From a bacterium (GTDB lineage: Bacteria > Patescibacteriota > Microgenomatia > UBA10105 > UBA927): a stretch of DNA of 64,000 nt. This document shows positions 1-10,494 of the stretch, one piece after another; within the stretch, counting starts at the first letter, position 1, and each line of letters opens with the position of its first letter. The translations under genes and the position numbers were made by a program. The notes under the pieces were generated by a model, which was not told the DNA's origin, did not search any database, and worked only from the letters and a program-made list of their open reading frames with translations. The DNA is taken from contig JAKAFY010000007.1 in assembly GCA_021817785.1 (NCBI GenBank), positions 127 through 64,126 on the forward strand, given 5' to 3'.

Positions 1-1163
1 CCTTTGATTTTGATCTGACATTCTGGAATTTTTTCTTATTTCTTCTCATCTATATGATATTCAGGAATCGTCATGCGTTCAAAAAAATACCCGTGTATAT
101 CAGCGATGTGTTCCTTATGTGCTTTGTCATATCATTGATTCCTTCAACATTATTCTCTCAGCATCCAAATCTATCCGTTTTGGGATTTATAGAAATAATA
201 TGCATGGTGCTCCTCTACTTGATTACTCGCGTTATTGGGTCTTATGTGGTCTGGAACATGATCTCTCTTATCGTATCGTTTCAGCTTATATTTGAAGGCT
301 TCCTAAGTCTCTCCCAATTTCTCATAAAAGGTCCGCTGGGACTGGCTATAGAAAGCGTGGGGGGCTTACTCTCACAATCAAATAACATTGAGTACGCTAT
401 CGAACAAGTAGGATTTTTCCGGTCCCGAGGAACGTTTGATAATTCAAACTCTCTCGGGACGTTTGCCGCCTGCTTGCTTCCATATATATCTATTCTGTTG
501 ATATATAAGCGCAATACAACGATAGAAAAAATCATATATTCACTGGGCGTACTGGCGGGCATAACCGCGGTTATTGTCAGTGGCAGCAGAACTTCTTTTT
601 TTGTCACCGCAGCATTTTTTACAGGAATATTTTATGTTCAGAGACGTGCGGCAGTATCATACCTACGAACGGGTGTTCTGACCAAAGTAGTAATAGTGAG
701 TTTATTTGTTGCCTCGCTACCGACAATTATTGTCCCGCGGGTAACGCAGCTTTATATTACGCTTCAGCCTGGCGGAGGTCTCACATTCCGCACGGACCTC
801 ATACGATACGCTATCCAGATGCTACGGGTAAACGTTATTGGTGTTGGGTTAGGAATGTTTCCCGTCGTGCTGTTCCGCTCTATCGGCACGTTTTTTTCTT
901 TTCCGACTGAGCCACATAATCTCTTCGCCCAGATCGCTGCGGAGGGTGGGTTTTGGGCTCTCGTGTTCTTTTGTCTCTTTCTGCTAACTGCGTTCATTCC
1001 ATATATAAAAAAGGCGTTGTGTACGTCTCGAGACAACAACCCGTATCAGACGGCTGCTGCGGCCTCTCTGTTTTCCATACTCATCGTGTCCAATGCTTAT
1101 CCATTTTTACTTCGCTCGAGCATCTTCCCATACTTTTGGGCGCTTCTGGCTGCGATAGTATAG
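1..1163 (+). CDS. O-antigen ligase/Wzy_C-like polytopic membrane protein (5'-truncated by window edge)
   Basis: Multiple TM segments. Motifs RSRGTFDNSNSLG, SGSRT, R...GVGLGMF and EPHNLFAQIAAEGG are typical of the O-antigen ligase family. The frame is open back to the window start. Confidence 0.8.
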   Translation, partial: FDFDLTFWNFFLFLLIYMIFRNRHAFKKIPVYISDVFLMCFVISLIPSTLFSQHPNLSVLGFIEIICMVLLYLITRVIGSYVVWNMISLIVSFQLIFEGFLSLSQFLIKGPLGLAIESVGGLLSQSNNIEYAIEQVGFFRSRGTFDNSNSLGTFAACLLPYISILLIYKRNTTIEKIIYSLGVLAGITAVIVSGSRTSFFVTAAFFTGIFYVQRRAAVSYLRTGVLTKVVIVSLFVASLPTIIVPRVTQLYITLQPGGGLTFRTDLIRYAIQMLRVNVIGVGLGMFPVVLFRSIGTFFSFPTEPHNLFAQIAAEGGFWALVFFCLFLLTAFIPYIKKALCTSRDNNPYQTAAAASLFSILIVSNAYPFLLRSSIFPYFWALLAAIV

Positions 1164-1184
1164 AAGCGTTATAATAAATCGATT

Positions 1185-2030
1185 ATGAATGCAGTGCTTC
1201 GACGTGCCAAAGTTTTACTAAAGAACATTACAGTCCTAGATCTTGTTGTCGGCGTAAGCATTGTCGCGGTCATACTTTTTTTCCTTATCTATTTTCCCAA
1301 AAAAAGTGCCTGGACGACTATAGAAATTAAATTACGATCCCCATACACGTCATTTAGTCCAAATGAGCAGCTGGCCGGGGCTCCATATTTTTGGCAGACC
1401 GCAACGATTAAGCCCGGAGATGCCCAGCTGGATTCAAGTGGCCAGCAGATTGCTGTAGTAGAGTCTGTCCATGGATGGGGTGACATCACAACAGAAACGT
1501 GGGTCACGATAAAAATACGGACGAACACTGATAAATCAAGTGTCCTTCAATTCAATTACCAGAACGTTTTTATAGGCTCTACTATAAAACTGCAAATCAG
1601 CAACTATACACTTGAGGGAATTGTGACACGTATCGGAGGCGTGGATAATAGACCGAAAGAGGAAAAAGTAATAAAAGCCCGACTCATCGATCCAAACAAC
1701 AAAAATTATGAAACATTTGGCGTGTCACCATGGGTTGCCGCAGCCCCACATGCTGGAGACAAGATGGTTGCGCCCGATGGCGACACCATTGCAGAAATAC
1801 AGTCCGTCGATGTCCAGGACGCCGATAGGACGGTCGTTACCTCAGATGGACGGGTCCTTGTCCAAAAAGATCCCTTAAGAAAAGACGTGTATCTTACGGT
1901 AAAGCTAGCAACGGCCAAAACAGATCATATTAACTATTTCCTAGATGACTATCCTGTGAAAATAGATGCCGAAATACCCCTATATTTCCCCACATATAAA
2001 ATAATCCCGAGAATTACGGATATTCTTTAA
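1185..2030 (+). CDS. Membrane-anchored DUF4330-like protein with two internal repeats
   Basis: N-terminal TM helix followed by two similar beta-rich units (IKPGDAQLD...QIAVVESV and PHAGDKMVA...TIAEIQSV). Confidence 0.5.
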   Translation: MNAVLRRAKVLLKNITVLDLVVGVSIVAVILFFLIYFPKKSAWTTIEIKLRSPYTSFSPNEQLAGAPYFWQTATIKPGDAQLDSSGQQIAVVESVHGWGDITTETWVTIKIRTNTDKSSVLQFNYQNVFIGSTIKLQISNYTLEGIVTRIGGVDNRPKEEKVIKARLIDPNNKNYETFGVSPWVAAAPHAGDKMVAPDGDTIAEIQSVDVQDADRTVVTSDGRVLVQKDPLRKDVYLTVKLATAKTDHINYFLDDYPVKIDAEIPLYFPTYKIIPRITDIL

Positions 2031-3124
2031 GAAAGTAGCGCGTCTATAAATTGTTTTTGCTTGGCAGAGTGAAAATGTTTCAGTACATATTCCTGAGCCT
2101 TTCGTCCCATCCGCGATGCTCTCTCGGGATTGTCTAATAATTGCCTTATTTTGCGTATCATTTCTCCTTGGCTGTTGGTCACATATCCCGTTTTTCCATC
2201 AATCACAACTTCTTGCGCTCCCGGAAAATTGTTTATCACGGACGGAACCCCGCACATAGCAGCTTCCAACACCACGTTTGGCATGCCTTCGATTTCTGAC
2301 GGCAACACCAATATTTTTGACCGCCTAAGATATTTCTCAACTGATAAGGAGAAGGGGAATACTATGACGTTTTTCGTTAATTTCATGCGTAGTATTTCCT
2401 GATGAATTGCGTCAGCAAGATCTCCTTCTCCAAGCAGTGCCATGCGCATGTTGACATTCGATTTCCGCATATAATTAACTAAGTTAAGAAGTGACTGAGT
2501 ATTTTTCTCTCGATCAAATCGTCCTACATAAATTAAATCATATAATGAAGCCTTCTTATGTTCGACAGGAAACAGGGTCCAATTCGAAATGACCGCAATC
2601 GTGTTTGGTGCTACATGGAAATGTTCAACCAAATCTTTTTTTACCGCTTCGCTTGGTGCAATAATCAGATCAGCTACTCTGTAGCATGTTCGTATCCAGA
2701 GGGCGAGCCACTGCCGACGCCTGATAATTAAAAAATTGGTAAGAAGTACTCCATCATTAAATACCAAATAATACTTAATCCAAAACATAAACTTTCTGAT
2801 GATCGCAAGTGCAATAGTAAGCGGGGGCAGGAATGTCAACACAACAGCCGGCTTCACCCTAGCCAATGTCCAGGCTATCCAAAAGAAAAATCCGAAAGGG
2901 GGGCGATACGTGAGATGGGCATGCGGATAGACCAATACGCGCACATTTTTGACTCCCTGTAATACCAAGCTGAATCCTTTCTTATCGTCAGAGCGCAACA
3001 ATATCAACACACGATGATTCGCCTTGGATTTCGATATATCTAACGCTATGTCGCGAATACGCTTTTGAATTCCGCCGATTCCCAAATTCCAAAATATAAT
3101 ACAAAGGGTAGTGTTCTCATTCAT
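2027..3124 (-). CDS. Glycosyltransferase family 4
   Basis: LGIGGIQK N-terminus, YVGRFDREKN, and the EX7E motif EGMPNVVLEAAMCGVP. Confidence 0.9.
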   Translation of the reverse strand: MNENTTLCIIFWNLGIGGIQKRIRDIALDISKSKANHRVLILLRSDDKKGFSLVLQGVKNVRVLVYPHAHLTYRPPFGFFFWIAWTLARVKPAVVLTFLPPLTIALAIIRKFMFWIKYYLVFNDGVLLTNFLIIRRRQWLALWIRTCYRVADLIIAPSEAVKKDLVEHFHVAPNTIAVISNWTLFPVEHKKASLYDLIYVGRFDREKNTQSLLNLVNYMRKSNVNMRMALLGEGDLADAIHQEILRMKLTKNVIVFPFSLSVEKYLRRSKILVLPSEIEGMPNVVLEAAMCGVPSVINNFPGAQEVVIDGKTGYVTNSQGEMIRKIRQLLDNPERASRMGRKAQEYVLKHFHSAKQKQFIDALLS

Positions 3125-4224
3125 ACAAGTAGGGCGGTCGTATAGCGTTCGATGGCACTCCTTCCAAATAATTTGGTCACGTACGCATGCGCATTATTTC
3201 CAAGTTTATTTCTTACTGTGCGGTTTTTAAGTAATTTCAGTATATTTTGCTCCATGTCTACCATTGAATTGCAGATATATCCGGTTACTCCATGAATGAT
3301 AATTTCGGGTGCTCCGGGAAAATTAGTTACCACGCTTGGTAGATAATACGCCCCCGCCTCTATCAATGATACAGGCATCCCTTCATTTACCGTCGTCATT
3401 ATATATATTTTCGACTGCTGATAATATGGAGCTATCTCTGGATGGAATCCGTGAATAATGACGTGCTTTTCTAAATTATGTGCCCGTATAAATGACCGCA
3501 TCATCTGCTCGTCTTTTCCTTTCCCTATGAGACATAGTGTGATGGAGGGATATACGTATTTTAGACGATCAACAAGGTATAATAACGCTATCAAGTTTTT
3601 TTCTTTGGCAAATCTTCCCGCAAATAACAAATCATATCGTTTACGCTGAATCCGAACTTCTTTAATAAGCGTCCAATTGGGGACAACACAAAGAAGGCGT
3701 TTCGGAATATGATAGTGTTTGATAAGGTCTTTTTTACAAGCAACACTCGGGACAAGTATTCGATATGCAAGCCTATAACACAGCGCGATGCTCACGTTCC
3801 ATATCAACGGCGGCCTCTTGTTTAACTTTACATAATTTGATGTAAGAACGTTTTCACCCAGAACAAGCTTTGTTTTATATTGAAGCAATATAATTCGCAT
3901 GACCGCTATTATGATAGATAACTGATCCAGGAATGTTAGGCAAACATCAGGACGGATTCTTATAAATTGTGTGCCGAGCCAATAAATGAAATGAAAGGAT
4001 TTTATCAGACGGGTTTTACTTTGATACGGATGGTAGATGACGCGCGCCTGAGTATTTTGTTGAATCTCTTTTACCCATATACTTACATCCATATTTTTAA
4101 CAACTAAATATACTTCCCAGGATGGGCGCGTCCTCTGTATGTGGATAAGCATATCTCGAAGTAATTTTTGAATCCCTCCGATGTCCATGTTCCAAATAAC
4201 AATCATGAGTCGTTTTTTATTCAT
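3121..4224 (-). CDS. Glycosyltransferase family 4 (paralog of neighbour)
   Basis: MDIGGIQK, FAGRFAKEKN and EGMPVSLIEA motifs. Start placed at 4224, giving an ATGA overlap with the asnB stop. Confidence 0.9.
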   Translation of the reverse strand: MNKKRLMIVIWNMDIGGIQKLLRDMLIHIQRTRPSWEVYLVVKNMDVSIWVKEIQQNTQARVIYHPYQSKTRLIKSFHFIYWLGTQFIRIRPDVCLTFLDQLSIIIAVMRIILLQYKTKLVLGENVLTSNYVKLNKRPPLIWNVSIALCYRLAYRILVPSVACKKDLIKHYHIPKRLLCVVPNWTLIKEVRIQRKRYDLLFAGRFAKEKNLIALLYLVDRLKYVYPSITLCLIGKGKDEQMMRSFIRAHNLEKHVIIHGFHPEIAPYYQQSKIYIMTTVNEGMPVSLIEAGAYYLPSVVTNFPGAPEIIIHGVTGYICNSMVDMEQNILKLLKNRTVRNKLGNNAHAYVTKLFGRSAIERYTTALLV

Positions 4225-6011
4225 ATAGTTATGTTGCGCCTTTGTAGCCATGCACCTAAAATAAGCATGTTCCAAATTTTATCCGCATGATCCGCCCGAC
4301 GCGCAATATGATCGTCAACAATCGAGGCATAATACTTCGTATGTAATGCTGGCGCATATTCATTAATATATTCAACCGACATGCGAGCATACTCACTAAG
4401 TTCACCTGAGAGCCAGTCACGAAGCGGCACGGAAAATCCGTGTTTTGGTCTCCACACAAACCACCAGGGAAAATATTTGGAGGCAACCTGTTTCAATAGA
4501 TACTTTCCCTGCAACCACTTTACTTTCTGACTGTCCGACAAATTCAATGCAAAATTAATAATATCCGTATCCACATAGGGAGCACGGGATTCTAAATTGT
4601 ATGCCATCGTACTTTTATCCGCTTTCATAAATAGCTGCTCGCTCAGGTACCCGCGATAATCGGACAGTTGCATGCGAAGCAAAAAATCAGAAACACGGGG
4701 GAAATAGATTTGCCTATCATGAGCATCTTGACCCGTAAACAATTTTCTTCGTTCAGCCTGAGTCCATATGCGCTGGGTACAATACCGCTGTTCCAACGTT
4801 TGATACACTTGTTGAAACCGATGTGGAGCTGTTGCTCTCGCAAGCAAAAGTGCCGGGCCAAAAATGGTCATTCTGTTTCTTACATACTCTATGACCATTT
4901 GCCGCACATATCGGGTATAGCCCCCAAATAATTCATCGGCTCCTTCGCCGGTAAGCACCACCTTGACTGATTTTCGCGCCTCTTTAGAAAGAAGCAGCGT
5001 GGGAAGTATTGCAGGATCGGATACCGGTTCATCAATATAGGAACCTAAGTTATCAAGAAATGGGCGAATGGATTCTGCGGTACATAACACTTCCGTGTGG
5101 TGCGTGCCCAACATCTTTGCAGCATATCGGGCAAATAGAGATTCATCATTTCGTGCATACCCAGGAAACGATACGGAATAGGTACGCAAATTGGGAGAAT
5201 ATTGGGATGCAAAATATGCAATCAATGCAGAATCGATGCCCCCACTGATAAAACATCCAACGGGCACATCGGCCAACATTCTTGCGTGAACTGACCGTTC
5301 AAGTAAAACGCGCAGGTGCTGACGGTAGTTTGTTTTCTCTGATTTGGATACAACGAAGGGGGGATTCCAATATGTGTCACGCTTTGCCACACGATAACGC
5401 TTGTTATAGATAAGGTATTCTGACGCCAATACTTTTTTTATACGCTTTACAAGCGTTTCATGACCGTATATATACCCTTTTGACATATACTGGGCCAGAG
5501 AGTGCGGCCGGATTTTTGGGCGGTCTACAAAGGGAAGAAGCGCTTTCATTTCAGATGAAAACGCAAACACATCATCTGTTTGAATATAATAAAGCGGCTT
5601 TTCGCCGGACTTGTCCCTGGCCAATATTAATACCTGCCGTTTCGTGTCGTAAATACTTAATGCGAACATTCCCTCTAACATGGAAAATGCTGCCGCGCCA
5701 TACAGATCATAAAGAGGGAGTATGACATACGCATCAAGCCCGTCTGGCAATGCAATGTTTCTGCGCTTTAACGCGTTCCGAAGATCTAAATGATTATAGA
5801 TTTCCCCGTTATATAACAGAACATATTGTTTATACCTGACCGGATACAATCCGCGACGCATATCAACAATGGCCAACCTATTCATACCCATATGAGTCTG
5901 TTGATCTACGTATATCGCGCGCTCATCGCGCCCACGATGCTCTATGGCCTCGAGCATCTGCACGAGCAATTTTTTATTCTTTTTACCAAAAAATCCGACG
6001 ATACCACACAT
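4221..6011 (-). CDS. asnB: Asparagine synthase (glutamine-hydrolysing)-like amidotransferase, probably glycan-modifying
   Basis: MCGIVG Ntn-Cys, HRGRD, YNGEIYN, RDKSGEKPLYY, SGGIDS and LTGEGADELFGGY motifs. Confidence 0.93.
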   Translation of the reverse strand: MCGIVGFFGKKNKKLLVQMLEAIEHRGRDERAIYVDQQTHMGMNRLAIVDMRRGLYPVRYKQYVLLYNGEIYNHLDLRNALKRRNIALPDGLDAYVILPLYDLYGAAAFSMLEGMFALSIYDTKRQVLILARDKSGEKPLYYIQTDDVFAFSSEMKALLPFVDRPKIRPHSLAQYMSKGYIYGHETLVKRIKKVLASEYLIYNKRYRVAKRDTYWNPPFVVSKSEKTNYRQHLRVLLERSVHARMLADVPVGCFISGGIDSALIAYFASQYSPNLRTYSVSFPGYARNDESLFARYAAKMLGTHHTEVLCTAESIRPFLDNLGSYIDEPVSDPAILPTLLLSKEARKSVKVVLTGEGADELFGGYTRYVRQMVIEYVRNRMTIFGPALLLARATAPHRFQQVYQTLEQRYCTQRIWTQAERRKLFTGQDAHDRQIYFPRVSDFLLRMQLSDYRGYLSEQLFMKADKSTMAYNLESRAPYVDTDIINFALNLSDSQKVKWLQGKYLLKQVASKYFPWWFVWRPKHGFSVPLRDWLSGELSEYARMSVEYINEYAPALHTKYYASIVDDHIARRADHADKIWNMLILGAWLQRRNITI

Positions 6012-6085
6012 ATATTTAATAGGCAGGCGTAATTATAAATAACCTAGCTATAGTATACTAACGGGATATTGTTGTGTAGTTCATT

Positions 6086-9000
6086 ATGAAAATGCGTATC
6101 GTTTTTTTGTTGATTTGTCTATGTGTCGTTAGTTGCGGTTTTATCGCGTTACGCGCTTTTTTAGTCTTTCAGGGGTCAGCAGGATGGATACAGTCATGGA
6201 AATCACCCATAGCAATCCACAAAAGTTTGCCGTTAGAATTCGGTGGTTTTACCCCCGCAGGAAACTCTTTATATCTAAGTCTCGAGAATGGAAATTTTTA
6301 TCGAGTAAGCCAGAAAGGAGACGCGCAGTGGTCCTTTAGCATGCAAGACTACACCATTTACCCGCCGGCATTTGATGGAAACGTTGTGTATATTTCAAGC
6401 TTTGATGGGAGACTGTATGCCCTTGACAGGCGCACGGGCAAAGAGCTGTGGCGGTTTACGACACCGGATTATCTCAAAGCAGATACAGAGCCGCGCATTT
6501 CCGAAGGCCTTGTATATTTCGGTAGCAGGAACGGGACATTCTATGCGCTAAACAAGAATACGGGAAAGGTTGTCTGGCAATTTATCACAACCCCCATAGA
6601 CCGTGCTCATTATACCCCCGGAGAAACGATCATTCACTTCGGCCGTTTTTCAGTTGATGATACTGCTGTGTATATAAACAGTGCGACAAATAATACTCTG
6701 TATGCACTCGATAAAACGACCGGAACTATTAAGTGGCGTTTGTCAGATTATGGGTTCGCATACCTACGGCCTCGTATATTCGCTAACAGCGTGTCTATCT
6801 GGAACGACAGGGGAGAATATATTCTTTTGGACAAACGGTCGGGGACACAACTTTTTAAAATACGGGCCTCACCAGATCATCTCGCAAGCGACACGCACTA
6901 TACCTATATCATATTGGGCACTTTGATAAGTGCCATAAACAATAACAATGGTCAACGGATATGGACACGTCAGGATCCTTATACACCACAAAGCGTTCAC
7001 GTCATACAAGATGGCAATGTCTCGTTCATAAGTGACCATAACGGAGCGACATATTTATCGATTCTAGACGGTTCGTCCGGTCGTGTACTCTGGCTTGTTC
7101 CCACCGGTGTGAGTGATATTAAAAACGTTATAAACAACAATGGTCTCATGTATGTGCTTGGAGGCGCCAAACAATGTGCTTGGTTTTCCAATACTGGAAA
7201 GGTGGCATGGTGTACCACCATCCCAAATAGTACCGGCGAGTCATATTTTCATCCGTCTGGTATATATGTCATTTCCAAAGACGGCCAGGTGCTCCGTATT
7301 ACTGATGTCGATACAAAATCCGGCAATATTCTCTGGCAATACGCCTCTGACATCATCCATCCGGATTATATTAGAGAATTGGGTGGCGACATCTACTTTT
7401 TGACCAGAGACCGTTTGCGTGTTGTAAAAATTAATCACGCGGCCGCTGGTGGACAGATCAGCACTCAACAATTACAAAAGCGCTTCCAGTTCCAATCGTA
7501 TATTTCATTTTTTGCCGGTCTATGGAAACGCGTGCAGACTCGGATTATCCCGATACCGACATTGGGGCGCCGCGCGTTTACAATAACAGAGCCTGAACAA
7601 ATCATAAAACAGAATCATGTGGCCGAGTTAACGTTTTCTCGGGATGACATCGACTATAAAAATGCGCAACATGACGTAAATATCAGGGTGACGTTTACCG
7701 GACCAAATGAGACTGTCTATACTGTCTCCGGCTTCTATTTTGATAAAAACACCTGGAAAGTTCGCTTTATTCCCGGATCCACTGGCGATTGGCAATGGAA
7801 GGCGACAATAAAAGATTCGTCATATACACAGACTGATCGGGGTAACTTTCACTCAATCAGTTCGACTGCAGACGGATTTCTTTCTATATCCTCGGTCAAT
7901 CCTCACCTGTTTACGATTGATTATAAAACCGAGTTTTATCCCATTGGGATGCAAGATTGCATCCGGGATGAAAATCAGGATGGCGACCCTCTCGAGCAAT
8001 GGTTTCCTGGCATAAAAAAGGCACCACCCGTCAACCCTGTGTCATTACCCGCATATTCGATGAATGATTATTTATCTCTCTATCGAGAGAGCGGAGTTAA
8101 TCTTTGGCGCTGGGGAGCAGGAAATTGTGCACAGACACTGTGGAAGGAGCTCTCACCAGACGGGAATAGATACGCACTCAATGAAGGATATTATACCGAT
8201 ATGTTATTCGAGAGTTTGAAACGCCATGGATATCATATTTGGATGAGTCTATTTAGCTTTACTATGCCGTTTAACCAACATAGTCAGCCGGGTCAGCGGG
8301 CGATACTTAAAGACTATCTTGATTATGTCGTGGCCCGCTATGGCGCCTATGTCGACGTTTGGGAATTAGCCAATGAAATAGACCTGACAGACGCAGAAAT
8401 ACGCTATATGTCCACATATATCCGCTCGATTGATCCATATCACCACCCCATTACCACAAGTTGGCAGCGCCCCAACAATACATATATAGACATCAACTCG
8501 CTTCATTGGTATGACACGGGGTGCAATATACATTGTGATATAAATATTGACTCACAGATTAATCCTTATAAAGAACTTGGTAAACCAACGGTATTTAGCG
8601 AAATAGGGAATCGTGATGCAAACTGGGATGCTACGTCTGCTGACAGATTACGAATACTCCTGTGGATTGGTTTCATGAAAAACATATCCATGATCTATTG
8701 GAACACTGCGACGAGCTATTATGTAAATCCGCAGGGCACGTCAAATATATATCTGGGCCCAACCGAAAGAGAGTATGTGTCTGTGTTTAGCCGTCTTATA
8801 AAGAGCGCCGGTATTCATGCTACACAACTAGACATATCTTCTTCAACAATGGGCGTAAATATATTCAGTCAATTAACTTCAAGTCATTTGCTTATCTATC
8901 TCTATCGAGGCACAACATCATCCTCTGCACAATCTGCCTCGTTTTATACAGTTCTCCCTTTCTCGGGAAACGGACAGTGGATCGATCCAAAAAGTGGGCG

Positions 9001-9097
9001 TGTAATCAAAAGCATTGATATCGTGTCTGGCAATCAAACGATTACCTCTCCGTCGTTTTCCTCAGATCTTGTATTTAAATTGTCCGCTACTCACTAG
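6086..9097 (+). CDS. Secreted/anchored protein: PQQ-like beta-propeller repeats + DUF5060-like Ig domain + clan GH-A-like glycoside hydrolase barrel
   Basis: N-terminal hydrophobic signal. Repeated LYALDxxTGKxxW propeller motifs, GFYFDKNTWKVRFIP..GDWQW, WELANE (acid/base) and VFSEIG (nucleophile). Confidence 0.7.
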   Translation: MKMRIVFLLICLCVVSCGFIALRAFLVFQGSAGWIQSWKSPIAIHKSLPLEFGGFTPAGNSLYLSLENGNFYRVSQKGDAQWSFSMQDYTIYPPAFDGNVVYISSFDGRLYALDRRTGKELWRFTTPDYLKADTEPRISEGLVYFGSRNGTFYALNKNTGKVVWQFITTPIDRAHYTPGETIIHFGRFSVDDTAVYINSATNNTLYALDKTTGTIKWRLSDYGFAYLRPRIFANSVSIWNDRGEYILLDKRSGTQLFKIRASPDHLASDTHYTYIILGTLISAINNNNGQRIWTRQDPYTPQSVHVIQDGNVSFISDHNGATYLSILDGSSGRVLWLVPTGVSDIKNVINNNGLMYVLGGAKQCAWFSNTGKVAWCTTIPNSTGESYFHPSGIYVISKDGQVLRITDVDTKSGNILWQYASDIIHPDYIRELGGDIYFLTRDRLRVVKINHAAAGGQISTQQLQKRFQFQSYISFFAGLWKRVQTRIIPIPTLGRRAFTITEPEQIIKQNHVAELTFSRDDIDYKNAQHDVNIRVTFTGPNETVYTVSGFYFDKNTWKVRFIPGSTGDWQWKATIKDSSYTQTDRGNFHSISSTADGFLSISSVNPHLFTIDYKTEFYPIGMQDCIRDENQDGDPLEQWFPGIKKAPPVNPVSLPAYSMNDYLSLYRESGVNLWRWGAGNCAQTLWKELSPDGNRYALNEGYYTDMLFESLKRHGYHIWMSLFSFTMPFNQHSQPGQRAILKDYLDYVVARYGAYVDVWELANEIDLTDAEIRYMSTYIRSIDPYHHPITTSWQRPNNTYIDINSLHWYDTGCNIHCDINIDSQINPYKELGKPTVFSEIGNRDANWDATSADRLRILLWIGFMKNISMIYWNTATSYYVNPQGTSNIYLGPTEREYVSVFSRLIKSAGIHATQLDISSSTMGVNIFSQLTSSHLLIYLYRGTTSSSAQSASFYTVLPFSGNGQWIDPKSGRVIKSIDIVSGNQTITSPSFSSDLVFKLSATH

Positions 9098-9114
9098 TCG
9101 AAATCGATATAAAT

Positions 9115-10494
9115 CTATTCAACGCTAACGTGCCATTTACACGTCTTTTCGTATAACAATCCTTGAGGCGAACACACATTTGTGGCCCCCGTGCTTTGGC
9201 TATTTCCTGTTATGGTGACATATTTTTGTACTGCATTTTTATTCTCTCTTATACATTGAGTGCCTCGACCATCTAATGTTGAGGAGCAAGAAAATTGAAG
9301 GCTTGTATTTCCAGTGAATTGGTTGTCGTTTAGTAAATATACGAGTGCTTCCTGATATTCCGATCGCCCATCAAGGTAATATCCGACATACGACTGCGCA
9401 TGTGACTGTAACCATGAAATTAGCGCGTCATCTCCAACATAATCCGCTTTCCAGTACTGCATTCGGCCCAATGTGGCACCAAACGAGAAGGGTGTTGTGC
9501 AGCAGACAAGAATTGCAAAAAATATCATACTTGTAAGTTTATTGCTTTCTGCAACATCGTTAAAAGACACAATAAGTAGACACATAGATACCAAAAAGGT
9601 GGGCAATAAATAGTATGCCTGTATATTTTGTATTGTGAATATCGGAATTAGTCCAAATAACAACAATAACGTAGGTACGAGGAACTCTCGGTGGTTTGCT
9701 AGCTTATTGCGAACGACATACACCACCAAAACAATCATACTCAACATGAATGGGACGAACTGACTTACGTATTGCCAAAAAATTTTTCCTATAACGAAAC
9801 CATGCGCCGGACTGACTACAAGAGACGACGGATAGGAACCGTGAGTAGACAACGCTAAAAAGAGGCGCGGGAACAACATACACGCGTATGTTATAAACAG
9901 AACCGATACTGCCAACAAATATCCTCGCTTATGATCGACCCATAGAGCATAAATGAACACCGGGAGATAATAAATAAATGTTTCCTTCGTAAGACACCCA
10001 AGTAGCAACGTTACAAAAAGAAAAAAATAATAACGGCGTATATACAACACCAGTGACAGCACCAAACATATCCCCAATATGGTTTCAGAAACACCAAGTC
10101 TCCAAAAGGAATCCACGGTAATCGGACTGATAAAATAGCAGGCCACAATTGGAAAAACGAGAAGCTTTCGCTTGGATAATGTGAGTGTAGTTAGGATTGT
10201 AAATCCCACCATGACCCCATAAACTTCAAAATAACATCGCCCGATGTACCCACACGCTCGCGACAAAGGAATGCGGACCAGGTAGTGTAATGGCCAAAAC
10301 CTATTGGGTTCAACGATATAACTTGATATATTTGCAAGTGAATTGCTCTTATAATTAACAGTTTCTGCAATATCCAACAAGCTTGGGTACGTGTGCGTTA
10401 ATTGCGGGGAGATAAAAGCTATGCCAAAAACAATGCTTAATACAATAACCAATAAATTTTCCCTCAACCGCAATATGTTTCGATTTGCTTTCAT
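9115..10494 (-). CDS. Polytopic membrane protein, GT-C glycosyltransferase-like
   Basis: RFWPL, SE..., CLTKET motifs and many TM helices. Start uncertain (10494 or 10524). Confidence 0.55.
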   Translation of the reverse strand: MKANRNILRLRENLLVIVLSIVFGIAFISPQLTHTYPSLLDIAETVNYKSNSLANISSYIVEPNRFWPLHYLVRIPLSRACGYIGRCYFEVYGVMVGFTILTTLTLSKRKLLVFPIVACYFISPITVDSFWRLGVSETILGICLVLSLVLYIRRYYFFLFVTLLLGCLTKETFIYYLPVFIYALWVDHKRGYLLAVSVLFITYACMLFPRLFLALSTHGSYPSSLVVSPAHGFVIGKIFWQYVSQFVPFMLSMIVLVVYVVRNKLANHREFLVPTLLLLFGLIPIFTIQNIQAYYLLPTFLVSMCLLIVSFNDVAESNKLTSMIFFAILVCCTTPFSFGATLGRMQYWKADYVGDDALISWLQSHAQSYVGYYLDGRSEYQEALVYLLNDNQFTGNTSLQFSCSSTLDGRGTQCIRENKNAVQKYVTITGNSQSTGATNVCSPQGLLYEKTCKWHVSVE

